64,000 nt of DNA, taken from assembly GCF_902652985.1 (NCBI RefSeq), contig NC_047015.1:33542001-33606000 (forward strand). Reading direction: 5' to 3'. The translations under genes and the position numbers were made by a program. Below, piece by piece: positions 12,518 through 23,526 of the stretch; position 1 is the first letter of the stretch, and each line of letters opens with the position of its first letter. The stretch comes from Pecten maximus. Lineage: Eukaryota. The notes beneath the pieces were generated by a model. It made no database searches and was not told where the DNA came from. It saw nothing but the letters and a program-made list of their open reading frames with translations.

Positions 12518-14086
12518 GGGTTGTTTTTACTTTGCCGGTCCCCAGAAGTGTATTCAATGCGCATGACCCATGAACTTACGTGACCCGAGGTCGGTTGCCA
12601 GGTCGAGTAATACTATCCGCCATTTTGTTTTCTCGCTTCGGTCAGGTTAGGTATTCTAAGCGGGGTTTTGGGGCGTCAGCCCCTAATAGATAATAAAGGA
12701 CTTACCTTACACTTGAAAGTCATCCAAGCTACCATTTAGATTGGTTATGTTAGCAAATGGAAGTCTAGGTTTTTTGGAAACGACTGAGACAATACTGTTT
12801 GTTGATCGAACCCCAACGACTTCGTTCTTGATGGTATTTGGGTCAAAGACCTCCTTAATTAGCTCACAAAACTTAAGAACTTTTTCAGGTGTGTCATTAA
12901 GGAAAAGTTTTCTGACGCAGTATTGTGCAAAATAGCTGTCGTACAGAGTTTTAACTGTTCCTGTTTTTTGGCAATGAATGTTTTAGTGCTCTCCATGTGG
13001 ACTCAATAGTGTTTGTGTGAGCGCCGGACACTGGATCAACGAAATTGACTGAGTGGTTTACGGTCAAATGCGTGAATCCCTCTTTCTTTAAGTAGGAGTA
13101 CGCCTTCAATCACTGATGATAGTTGTTCCCGGTCTTATGTTGTTTTTAATAATTTCTATTTAGTGTATTAGCAGTTCTGTTCTCCACTGTACAGAAAAAA
13201 CAACAACACTTTTTAGAGTCTCTTTCAATCCCTACAAACACCCAAATCCCGTCAACCTTTCGACCTTTGTGAAACTTCCTCTTCCATAATTTGCTTTCGT
13301 CTATTTCGACGACTTTGCCTTCTCCCCCAACGATGTTATTTTCATTTTTACACAGAATTTCGGTACAAACCTCTCTTGCAAAATTATACCAGTCATCTAT
13401 AGTTTTATGGGAAATACTGAGTTCATGACAAACAAATTCTTGGTTGCATTTATAAACCCAAAAATATGTAATGTACACAATTTGCTCCAAAGTCAAATTA
13501 TGGTTTTCAAACCATGATCCCTTTCGTACAGACACTTTTTTTATGACATTTCTTGTCACTGCAACGCCAAACATAACAATCACTGGAGTAGGATTTGTCT
13601 TTACGGAGTCCAAGAACGCCCTTTTCACAACATTTACATGGTAAGGCACGTACATCCAATAATAATCCCAAGCCGATAAGCCACTCGATTAAAATTTCAA
13701 CAGTTTCACATTTCGATACTTAACCTCGCAATCGGAAAGGCATGTTAAACAAAAGCACATGTCAATGTTTACATTTTTGAACCAAATATAAACGTTACAA
13801 ATGCGCATGCGTCGCACGCGCCCCATGTCAACAGAGGGGAATTTCCAAAATGTGAACCGAGAAACCATCATGAAAACTATGCGATTTCGCTGTTAAAAAA
13901 CAACATTTAAAACGTTGGTTTTTAACCGAAATAAGGTATGTAGAACTCAATTTTTACCTTAAAAACACCCCAAAACCCCTAGATAAGATTTTAGAGAGAA
14001 GCGCGAATTCTCTTATAAGACACCGACTTCGGCGGTGTTAAGCTTTAGCGCCATTTTTCTGGGGACCGGCAAAGTAAAAATGCTCC
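12518..14086 (-). mobile_element. Merlin (IS1016/IS1595-like) DNA transposon
   Basis: TIRs of ~29 bp, GG....TTTTTACTTTGCCGGTCCCCAGAA, at 12518-12547 and 14057-14086, enclosing a transposase. TSD not convincingly preserved. Confidence 0.9.
12706..13761 (-). pseudogene. Merlin/ISXO2-type DDE transposase, frameshifted
   Basis: Zinc ribbon PCKCC..WRCSDKKC; SVRKGSWF; GGEGKVVEIDESK..RKFHKGRKVDGIWVFVGIER; IRPGTTIISD; HLTVNHSVNFVDPVSGAHTNTIESTW. Several frameshifts. Confidence 0.9.
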
Positions 14087-14255
14087 GGCAATATACAGCA
14101 ACGGTTTTTTTACCACTTGTCACATCAATATCATATCAAATTATGTAACATGATACATTTTTTTTCATGAATTAAGAATTTCGAGTTCGAGTTCGACTTT
14201 AATCTTTGTATCAATTTCCATCTATTACCGGAGTTATGTCCCACACAATAGTATC

Positions 14256-15929
14256 ATGATACCATCACTATATGACATAAATGGTTGTGGTGTGGAGGTC
14301 ACACCCCGTCAACCAACCAACCTCCAACATAAATCATCATCTTTTTTATGGCGACCATATTTTTTTTTAAAATACATCCTTTCGATTAAATAAGCGGATG
14401 CGACACACTTGTGTAGAGTTCTGGCGAGTTCTAGACGACATATTTGTTATCAACTTCTTATTTATGTTATCAATATCTACTCAAAATTGTGAAGCTCTAA
14501 ACCATATTTGTGGTAATGCAGGTTCTAAGTTTTTAGAGAAATATCAAAAGTTTACACTGCAAGAAGACTTTGGAGTGTCCAATAATAATACCCGTTTTAT
14601 ACCATTACATGTTGATCGTAGGAAGAGACTAAAATAGCCCCACTGCAGAATTTCCCTCCGTGCCTCTGCCTACATTATAACACTTTTAAATAAAAGATCC
14701 ACATTTGACTCTGTCTATTGGTGTTTTGAACCCCTAGAACAAAAACAAAAACTTCCTGTAAACATGATGGAATTCGCCGAGATGTTGTGGTTGACGTGTT
14801 AGAACCATTCTTATCAGAGTAAGATTGGTATTTAAGCTAAATCTTTTAGATAAAGTCATACAAATGCTAACTTCGTATCTCTATAAAAGTTAGTATGCTC
14901 TCGACTGCAGGACTCTTGTACGTTATGAGATCAAGACACGTTTAATCTGAATATTCTCACCTTACTCGGCTTCACCGAATGGCTTGATCATCATATAAAC
15001 AATAGCCAGATATTAGATGTAACAGACACGATTTACAAACACAGAAAAACGCGGACCAGGGACCATACAGTGACACCAGCGCCCTCTATATCCTGTCAAA
15101 GACAACCTATACGGTGGCTCAATCAAAGCCTCTCATGTGGCGCCTCTCGACGCCCGGGAATACTTACTTGTCGGTTTCAATCCAAGGCAATCGAAGATAC
15201 TTACACCACGCAACGAAAACTGAATCTTCAATCCACCGATTTAATTCTTCTATCTTGTTAGTATGTGTCGTTCTGATGACGCTAGGAGCTCATTTCCTTT
15301 CCGTGGAGTGCTTTTCTAAATGCCTTGGGTACTTCTGTAGACAATATCCCTGTGTAAGTTTATACGTACGAGGACTTGACACAGGTGTGAATATCGTTCT
15401 GGGCCTAATTAGGCTGGGACGGAAGGTTAGAAATTCATTGGAATAAAACATCATCAGAATAGGACTGCTTTTTAATCTTACCATTTTATTGGCCGTCTAT
15501 TTAAACAACATAAAGTCGCTACCAATTTATTTCCCTTTGAAAGTCGCCAATGAACACTCCCTGGGCAGTAGCATTAACATCTGCAAAAGCATTTTTAAAG
15601 ATTAAAGATAAGTTGCTCGTGAGGTATAAATGTCAGCTAATAAAAAGATACGTCGTTTGTATTTTTTATATATAGCCTTGTACGGTACACTGTAAATGAT
15701 CTGTGTTATGTATCGAGGTGTGGTCATAGCGTGGGGATGTCATACATTTTAGGCAGAAAGACGTCTTACAAAAACTGATAGTTGGACGAGCCTTCACTTA
15801 CACGGGGTTTCTTTGTCGGCTTTAACACATCAAGTATAATATGTGTCTAACAAACACGTCTTATTCAATATGACAAACAAAGAGAAAGAAAACAAGAAAA
15901 ACATACTTCTGGGATTTCTTTCCATTCTC
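14256..15929 (+). repeat. 1.67-kb direct repeat, copy 1 (left of the LINE)
   Basis: Aligns to 20839-22471 with roughly 30 substitutions and about 5 indels (manual count), one of them ~37 bp. Confidence 0.95.
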
Positions 15930-15939
15930 TAACTGTGTT

Positions 15940-17043
15940 TTGAGAACACAGATTGACAGCCTAATTCAGGAAAACGAAGATACTCGCCGCGCTCTAGAGA
16001 AGAACACATGCGAAAATTCTTCGTTAAAGAGATCTATCGCAGTTCTTACGTCTGAATTTCAAGTGGTACAGAAAGACAATTCTGATCTGACAAAACAGAT
16101 AGGTGACCTTAAACGATTAGGTATGAAATTCAAATTTTCAATGAAGGACATGAATGAAAAGGTCACTGATTGCAGCATAATAACACGGAGGTTTGACGAC
16201 AACAAGTCTAATGGCACCGAAGGTATCAAGAATAGACTCAAACATGTCATGCAAACCACAAAACAGTGTGAGGACGACATTCACGCGATGGAAGGTTCAA
16301 TAAAATCATTACAGAAGGTCGCTGACAACACACAAAAGCAATTAACTGACATTAAAAGACAATTGAAGCACAAGATACACGAAAATGTTGAAAAATCCAA
16401 CCCTGTTGAGGAAATATACAGGGTCGAAGTGAACAACCGGTTTATGCCGTTACAAGATCCACCTTCACCAAAACTACCAGTTACATTGTGTGAAATCTTG
16501 GAGAAGGCCCATCCACCCCCAAACACCAAAGCTCAGAATCCCGACACCCCTCTTAAAATGGTCAACCCTACAAGTGAAACAGCTGGACCTGTTAAGAGCT
16601 TTTCCGCTATTGTGAGCAACAAAACACCAAAAACGAACGACAAAGTGAAACCTGACGCGACGTCATCAATACCCGTACACTTTCCGACATCGGTGTGTAG
16701 ATCTTCTCTGTCTTCGTCATCTGCAGTGCCCATAAAGAGAGACTTCGTTGGATTCACTACTCCAGAGAGAAGAAAGAGAACACGCAGATACTACATTTAC
16801 GGTATAAATAAGAGAATGTCCTCAGAACAAGGAATGAGAAGTTTCCTTGAAGAGAGAAGCGTTACAGTTACGTTCCTACGATATTTTGAAAAGCGTTGGA
16901 AGCGAACGGCGTCGGCACAGGTAAACGTTGTTGACGATGAACACAACAACCTACAGGATCCATCCTTCTGGCCTGAAGGTGTGTCTGTTCGGCCCTGGCT
17001 CCCCAAAACTGTTTTTGTCACCGAACATGAACAAAATACATAA
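15940..17043 (+). CDS. LINE ORF1 protein (coiled coil, P/S-rich linker, RRM-like C-terminus); N-terminus missing
   Basis: Heptad-rich N-terminal half; C-terminal YIYGIN...FWPEGVSVRPW typical of LINE ORF1. Begins at TTG at the element junction, with an in-frame TGA upstream at 15871. Confidence 0.8.
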   Translation: MRTQIDSLIQENEDTRRALEKNTCENSSLKRSIAVLTSEFQVVQKDNSDLTKQIGDLKRLGMKFKFSMKDMNEKVTDCSIITRRFDDNKSNGTEGIKNRLKHVMQTTKQCEDDIHAMEGSIKSLQKVADNTQKQLTDIKRQLKHKIHENVEKSNPVEEIYRVEVNNRFMPLQDPPSPKLPVTLCEILEKAHPPPNTKAQNPDTPLKMVNPTSETAGPVKSFSAIVSNKTPKTNDKVKPDATSSIPVHFPTSVCRSSLSSSSAVPIKRDFVGFTTPERRKRTRRYYIYGINKRMSSEQGMRSFLEERSVTVTFLRYFEKRWKRTASAQVNVVDDEHNNLQDPSFWPEGVSVRPWLPKTVFVTEHEQNT

Positions 17044-20000
17044 CAAATTAAATCTTATGTGTTGGAATATAGAAGGTGTCATGGCAGGGACGCCGTACCT
17101 TCTACGATGCCTGGATGAATACAATATTGATATTTGTGGTTTGTCTGAACATTGGGTGAGAGAGTACAACTTGTCATTCTTTGACACGTTTAATCATTGT
17201 GGTTACTCCAGTATAGTAAAACCTGTACACGAAATAGACCCTTTTCGGTATAAATGTAATATCAGAGGCGGCGTTTGTATCCTTTTTAAGTCCGATCTAA
17301 ACGTTCAAGAGATACTAACCGATAGTCCTCGGATAGTTGGTATTGAAATTCAAGAATCTGATAGTAACTACATCTATGTATTTGCGGTATATATGCCGGC
17401 ATCTTCAAGACACTTTGATGCCTTCAAGGAAACTCTCGACGTATTAGACTCTCTTGTTACTGTATATTCAGAGAAGGGTAAAGTTATCATCATAGGTGAC
17501 ATGAATGTAAAAGTTAAGGGTCCAAGGTACCAATTTCTGTGTAATGAAAGATCAGAAGTTTTTGAAAAGTTTTTGGAAAGAAACAATTTGCTTTCGGTAA
17601 ACGTACAGGCCAATTGTAAAGGTCCTAATTATACATTTTGTCCTACCACGGGTCACTATACGATGATTGACCATATACTTGTTGAAAAAACCATAGATAA
17701 TTTAATAGAAAAGTCTGAAGTATTAGACGAGTGCGAAGTAAACACGTCAGAACATCTCCCTGTCCTGTGTTCTGTAAGAACTCCCAAAATTCCATCCATC
17801 CAGTGCAATAGTGAATTTTTGAGATATAACTGGAAAAAAGCAGTAAATAGTGACCAAATCAAAAAGTATAAGTCTACAGTCGATAATTATCTCAGTTCAG
17901 TAATATTGCCTCAAAATGTAACGTCGACTTCAGACATAGATATTTATTATGATGTTCTGAAATCTGTTTTGCTCAGTGCATCTAGTCAATGCATACAGAA
18001 ACGCAAATTCAGAAGGCACTTAAAGCCTTACTGGAATGAAGAGTTAACATTTGTGCACAATCTAATGCGTAGTAAAAGGCAACTTTGGAAAGACAATGGC
18101 CAATGTAGAGGTACTGATGTTTATTTTTTAGACTATAAGTCATGTAAAACCATTTTTAGAAAGAAGCTAAGAATTGCTTTTAACCAATATATGAAAGGCC
18201 AATTCGAAGAAATTGATAGATCAGGTGAAGTTGACCAAACGCTGTTTTGGCAACTATATAAAAGTAAATCACATAAACCCAAATTATCACAGACAGAACT
18301 AAAATATGATGGTAATGTCCTACGTAATCCCAGCGAAATAGCAAAGGCATGGGGTATACATTTTAGTAAATTATTTCAAAATGAATCCAATACATTATTC
18401 GATGAAGAGTTCTCAAATCATGTGAACAGTAATGTATCAAACATGTGTGTAAAAGCAATGCATGACAAAGATGTATTTCTTGAAAAAGAATTCAGTGTGA
18501 AAGAGGTTTCGAATATATGCAAATGTCTGAAGAATGATAAATCTGGTGGTCCAGATGGTCTTGTGTATGAGCATGTCAAATATTGTAATGATCTGATGAT
18601 TGAACATATCACGTTTTTGTTTAATCTTATAATTAAGTACGAGTATATTCCAAAATCTTGGAAAGTCGGCATCATTGTTACTCTTTATAAAGGTGATAAA
18701 AAACCGAAAGATGACCCCAATAGCTACAGAGGTATTACATTAATTCCTGTATTTTTTAAGATTTTTGAAACACTTTTGTCTACCCGTTTAAATCCCATTC
18801 TAGAATCTCATACTTTTCCTAACAGACAGCAATCAGCCTATCGGAAAAAACTGTGTAGTCTATGCACTTCATTTAATTTACAAGAGAGTATTAATTATAA
18901 CTTAGAGAATGGATCTGAAGTTCTTGTTGCTTTTCTTGATAGCAATAAAGCCTTTGATTCTGTATGGCAAGAAGGCTTATTCTACAAATTGTACAATATG
19001 GGTATTAAAGGGAAAATATGGCTTATTATGAAACAAATGTACTCGTGTTTCACTAGTAATGTTGTTTTTAATGGTTTTAAATCAGAAAGTGTAATTATGA
19101 AACGAGGGATCTTACAAGGAGGTTCTTTGTCTGCTAAAATGTATCTTGTTTTTATCAATGATTTGTTAAACGAAGTAGAATCCAGTGGAAAAGGAGCAGT
19201 AGTCCATTCATCACGTGTTAATATACCTACACAAGCAGATGATATATGTGTAATTACCAATAACGTCGAAAGTCTCCAACACTTACTATCTATGTGTGAC
19301 AATTACAGTAGAAAGTGGCGATTTACATTTTCCGCCTCTAAATCTAAAATTGTTGTTTTCACATACAAAAAGAAGCCAAGTACTTGTCGAAATGTATCCT
19401 TTTACGAAAAGAATTTACCAATTGTAGATAGCATAAATCATGTTGGTGTTTTATTAAACAATAGAAACAACAATGTCGAACGTACAGAACGTGCCTGCTC
19501 CAAATTAAAATGTGGTGTAATGTACTTAATTCGTTCTGGAGCACACCAATGTGCCCTCAATCCTTTAACCATTGCTAAAATCATTAAATGTAAAGTATAT
19601 CCTTCCGCACTCTATGGTTGCGAATTGTGGCAGTTAAAGAACAATGAAATGTACATGCTTGAAAAAGCACAGAACTTCATTATAAAATCAATTCAGGGTT
19701 TTAATGTAAGAACAAGAACAGACATGTGTACGTCATTGATCGGTTGGTTTTCAATAGAAGTATATATCAGTGTGAAAAAATTACTATTCCTTGGTAGAAT
19801 ATGTTCCATGGATGTTGGAGTTTTGACGCGCGAAATTTCTATAAAGCGCATATTTGATTACAAACTGTGTACTTTCTCCAGAGGTTTTATTCCCGACATT
19901 GTCAATATTTTGACAAAATATAATTTGAATTATGTTCTTGGTGAATTCTTGAAGAGTGGCTTGTTCCCAAACAGATGCCAATGGAAACGATTAGTGAATG

Positions 20001-20482
20001 ACCATGTAAGAAATTGTGAGGAGTTTAATCTATGTGAAAGAATGAAAACTGATAAAGAATTTTCTCGTTTCGGTCTTTTGCATAATAAAATACAACCATA
20101 TTCAATATGGAAATTAGCTCTACATTTCCCCCAATACAGTTCATGTTTTAAACAAATTGTTAAACTTTGTGTCGAAATGCGAGATGACGAAAATGTATTT
20201 TTGTGTCAATATTGTGGTTTAATTTACAATGATGTAATCTTACATAGCGTGCTTGAATGCTCTCATACAGAGTCTTTGCGTGACCAACTGTGGTGTGTTC
20301 TTTGTACTATAAAAGATATCGATTTTGTATGTTACCTTAACACGTTGTCAAATTACCATCTTCTCCATGTTCTTCTTGGGGGTATCGTCAATTATGACTT
20401 ATCCTCATACGAACTCGAGGACTTCAGAGTTAATTCAATCGTTATTGTATTCAAGATTCTTCAATGCAGTGGTATTTTGTAA
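17027..20482 (+). CDS. LINE ORF2: APE endonuclease + reverse transcriptase + C-terminal CCHC knuckle (1151 aa from the ATG at 17027)
   Basis: EN motifs WNIEG, LSEHW, GDMN, IDHI, SEHLPV; RT motifs KSGGPDG, YRGITL, FLDSNKAFDSV, GILQGGSLS, PTQADD; CQYC..H....C. Frame is uninterrupted. Confidence 0.95.
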   Translation: MNKIHNKLNLMCWNIEGVMAGTPYLLRCLDEYNIDICGLSEHWVREYNLSFFDTFNHCGYSSIVKPVHEIDPFRYKCNIRGGVCILFKSDLNVQEILTDSPRIVGIEIQESDSNYIYVFAVYMPASSRHFDAFKETLDVLDSLVTVYSEKGKVIIIGDMNVKVKGPRYQFLCNERSEVFEKFLERNNLLSVNVQANCKGPNYTFCPTTGHYTMIDHILVEKTIDNLIEKSEVLDECEVNTSEHLPVLCSVRTPKIPSIQCNSEFLRYNWKKAVNSDQIKKYKSTVDNYLSSVILPQNVTSTSDIDIYYDVLKSVLLSASSQCIQKRKFRRHLKPYWNEELTFVHNLMRSKRQLWKDNGQCRGTDVYFLDYKSCKTIFRKKLRIAFNQYMKGQFEEIDRSGEVDQTLFWQLYKSKSHKPKLSQTELKYDGNVLRNPSEIAKAWGIHFSKLFQNESNTLFDEEFSNHVNSNVSNMCVKAMHDKDVFLEKEFSVKEVSNICKCLKNDKSGGPDGLVYEHVKYCNDLMIEHITFLFNLIIKYEYIPKSWKVGIIVTLYKGDKKPKDDPNSYRGITLIPVFFKIFETLLSTRLNPILESHTFPNRQQSAYRKKLCSLCTSFNLQESINYNLENGSEVLVAFLDSNKAFDSVWQEGLFYKLYNMGIKGKIWLIMKQMYSCFTSNVVFNGFKSESVIMKRGILQGGSLSAKMYLVFINDLLNEVESSGKGAVVHSSRVNIPTQADDICVITNNVESLQHLLSMCDNYSRKWRFTFSASKSKIVVFTYKKKPSTCRNVSFYEKNLPIVDSINHVGVLLNNRNNNVERTERACSKLKCGVMYLIRSGAHQCALNPLTIAKIIKCKVYPSALYGCELWQLKNNEMYMLEKAQNFIIKSIQGFNVRTRTDMCTSLIGWFSIEVYISVKKLLFLGRICSMDVGVLTREISIKRIFDYKLCTFSRGFIPDIVNILTKYNLNYVLGEFLKSGLFPNRCQWKRLVNDHVRNCEEFNLCERMKTDKEFSRFGLLHNKIQPYSIWKLALHFPQYSSCFKQIVKLCVEMRDDENVFLCQYCGLIYNDVILHSVLECSHTESLRDQLWCVLCTIKDIDFVCYLNTLSNYHLLHVLLGGIVNYDLSSYELEDFRVNSIVIVFKILQCSGIL

Positions 20483-20838
20483 TTATTTCATATGAAAAAG
20501 AGAACTTGTAATTATTATTAATGTTGTTAATAATTCATACATGTATATAAAATGCATTTGCATTAGACCACATAATGAAATGACTGCTATTCATTTTCTA
20601 AAAATGAAGTACGTATATATGTGCTAACTAAGAATCTAATGTGTTTTAACTTAAGAAACATGCGAAGAAATTTCCTTTACTAACATCATGTAATCATTAT
20701 TATATCTGTAGTTTATTGTGTAACGCGTGAATCCTTATGCGAGAGGTGAAAATGAGCGTGAATGAATTTTGTTCTAATTTGTAAATCATTTCTGTATACT
20801 CTTCACATCTTGGAGGAAATAAAGAAATAATAATAATA

Positions 20839-22471
20839 ATGATACCATCCACATATGACATAAATGGTTGTGGTGTGGAGGTCACACCCCGTCAACCAAC
20901 CAACCTCCAACATAAATCATCATCTTTTTTATGGCGACCATAAGTTTTTTTTTAAATACATCCTTTCGATTAAATAGGCGGATGCGACACACTTATTAAC
21001 TTCTTATTTATGTTATCAATAACTACTCAAAATTGTGAAGCTCTTAACCATATTGTGGTAATGCAGGTTCTAAGTTTTTAGAGAAATATCAAAAGTTTAC
21101 ACTGCAAGAAGACTTTGGAGTGTCCAATAATAATACCCGTTTTATACCATTACATGTTGATCGTAGGAAGAGACTAAAATAGCCCCACTGCAGAATTTCC
21201 CTCCGTGCCTCTGCCTACATTATAACACTTTTAAATAAAAGATCCACATTTGACTCTGTCTATTGGTGTTTTGAACCCCTAGAACAAAAACAAAAACTTC
21301 CTGTAAACATGATGGAATTCACCGAGATGTTTTGGTTGACGTGTTAGAACCATTCTAATCAGAGTAAGATTGGTATTTAAGCTAAATCTTTTAGATAAAG
21401 ACATACAAATGCTAACTTCGTATCTCTGTAAAAGTTAGTATGCTCTCGACTGCAGGACTCTTGTACGTTATGAGATCAAGACACGTTTAATCTGAATATT
21501 CTCACCTTACTCGGCTTCACCGAATGGCTTGATCATCATATAAACAATAGCCAGATATTAGATGTAACAGACACGATTTACAAACTGAAAAACGCGGACC
21601 AGGGACCATACAGTGACACCAGCGCCCTCTATATCCTGTCAAAGACAACCTATACGGTGGCTCAATCAAAGCCTCTCATGTGGCGCCTCTCGACGCCCGG
21701 GAATACTTACTTGTCGGTTTCAATCCAAGGCAATCGAAGATACTTACACCACGCAACGAAAACTGAATCTTCAATCCACCGGTTTAATTCTTCTATCTTG
21801 TTAGTATGTGTCGGTCTGATGACGCTAGGAGCTCATTTCCTTTTCGTGGAGTGCTTTTCTAAATGCCTTGGGTACTTCTGTAGACAATATCCCTGTGTAA
21901 GTTTATACGTACGAGGACTTGACACAGGTGTGAATGTCGTTCTGGGCCTAATTAGGCTGGGACGGAGGGTTGGAAATTTATTGGAATAAAACATCATCAG
22001 AATAGGACTGCTTTTTAATCTTACCATTTTATTGGCCGTCTATTTAAACAACATAAATCGCTACCAATTTATTTCCCTTTGAAAGTCGCCAATGAACACT
22101 CCCTGGGCAGTATCATTAACATCTGCAAAAGCATTTTTAAAGATTAAAGATAAGTTGCTCGTGAGGTATAAATGTCAGCTAATAAAAAGATACGTCGTTT
22201 GTATTTTTTATACATAGCCTTGTACTGTACACTGTAAATGTTCTGTGTTATGTATCGAGGTGTGGTCATAGCGTGGGGATGTCATACATTTTAGGCAGAA
22301 AGACGTCTTACAAAAACTGATAGATGGACGAGACTTCACTTACACGGGGTTTCTTTGTCGGCTTTAACACATCAAGTATAATATGTGTCTAACAAACACG
22401 TTTTATTCAATATGACAAACAAAGAGAAAGAAAACAAGAAAAACATACTTCTGGGATTTCTTTACATTCTC
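20839..22471 (+). repeat. 1.63-kb direct repeat, copy 2 (immediately after the LINE tail)
   Basis: Begins ATGATACCATC directly after (TAA)n and ends at CATTCTC, the same point where copy 1 joins the LINE 5' end. Confidence 0.95.
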
Positions 22472-22929
22472 ATATCTGACACTGGATAAAGGTCAAAATT
22501 GCACCACAGAGACAAAAGTGTCTAAACTCTCTGACTTTATTCTGTAGCCTCCCGATTTTCGTGGTTTGTGATATATGAACAAGTATGCAAGAAAAAAAAT
22601 ACTAAAAATTGTGAAGCAGGCCTCTCCGATCATACATAACCGCTTAGTGGATTGCATAATTGTTAGACTATGGCTACTTCAAACTGATCGACTCAAGGTC
22701 CAATTCATACAGCTACATGTATTTCACTACACACATTGGTATGACATTTCTTCAGGTTCATTGTACTGACACCGGAAGTCATGTCACAGACACATTGATG
22801 TGACATAGCTTCCGGTTCATTATACTGACACCGGAAATCATGTCACAGACAAATTGACATGGCCTCCTTTCCAGTCACTAACGTGCATAATTACATAAAT
22901 TCACGATCTAGGGACATAACAAAAAGCCT

Positions 22930-23393
22930 TTCTAACACATGACTTTGGTATGTCACGGCCTTGGCACAGAATCCACAGCATTCCTAACATATGCTTCTTG
23001 TATGTCACGGCCTGGGCTTAAATCCTACAGCCTTCCTAGCAAATGACTCTCGTAAGTCAGGGCTTGGCACAGAACCCACAGCCTACCTAACACAGGACTC
23101 TTGTATATAAGGGCTTGGCAAAGAACCCACAGCCTACCTAACACATGACTCTTGTATATCAGGGCTTGGCACAGAACCCACAGCCTACCTAACACATGAC
23201 TCTTGTATATCAGGGCTTGGCACAGAACCCACAGCCTACCTAACACATGACTCTTGTATGTCACGGCTTGGCACAGAACCCACAGCCTACCTAACACATG
23301 ACTCTTGTATATCAGGGCTTGGCACAGAACCCACAGCCTACCTAACACATGACTCTTGTATGTCACGGCTTGGCACAGAACCCACTTCCTACC
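22930..23393. repeat. 51-bp minisatellite derived from the SINE tRNA/B-box segment, ~9 copies
   Basis: Unit CAGGGCTTGGCACAGAACCCACAGCCTACCTAACACATGACTCTTGTATAT. Confidence 0.9.
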
Positions 23394-23526
23394 TCGCAGG
23401 GCCGAGCGCTCAACTACAAGACCAAACGTGAGGCAGCGTCAAGAAAGACAAAATGATCACAACTTCAGTCGCCTCTTGCGAATCATGAATGGGACAGTCG
23501 GTACATGTATATCCCCTAACCGCAGG
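23345..23526 (-). mobile_element. 5' part of a SINE related to 5134-5662
   Basis: Minus strand CCTGCGGTTAGGGGA..TACCGACTGTCCC..CGCAAGAGGCGACTGAA..GCCTCACGTTTGG..AGTTGAGCG..GGGTTCTGTGCC..GACATACAAGAGTC aligns with 5134-5348. Confidence 0.8.

Larger units (their letters stand above)
11965..14245 (+). mobile_element. Non-autonomous Helentron/HINE-like element, interrupted by Merlin
   Basis: 5' hairpin-like GTGTCCCC..GGTGGACAC; recurring GGAGTTATG/GCCC(C)TT sub-repeats at ~12161, 12297 and 12436, resuming at ~14228 after the Merlin insertion. Confidence 0.5.
15930..20840 (+). mobile_element. Non-LTR retrotransposon, RTEX-like, 5'-truncated
   Basis: Overlapping ORF1 and ORF2; 3' UTR ending GGAGGAAATAAAGAAA(TAA)n at 20812-20840. 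Clade assigned from the PTxADD RT motif and (TAA)n tail (inference). Confidence 0.9.

Noticed and set aside
16928-17026. TTG-initiated N-terminal extension of ORF2
   Set aside because: It overlaps the conserved ORF1 C-terminus; the ATG at 17027, just before the endonuclease WN motif, is the more plausible start.
14256-22471. LTR retrotransposon reading of the direct repeats
   Set aside because: No TG..CA termini, PBS, PPT, protease or integrase; the internal element is an APE-type LINE with its own (TAA)n tail before the second repeat.
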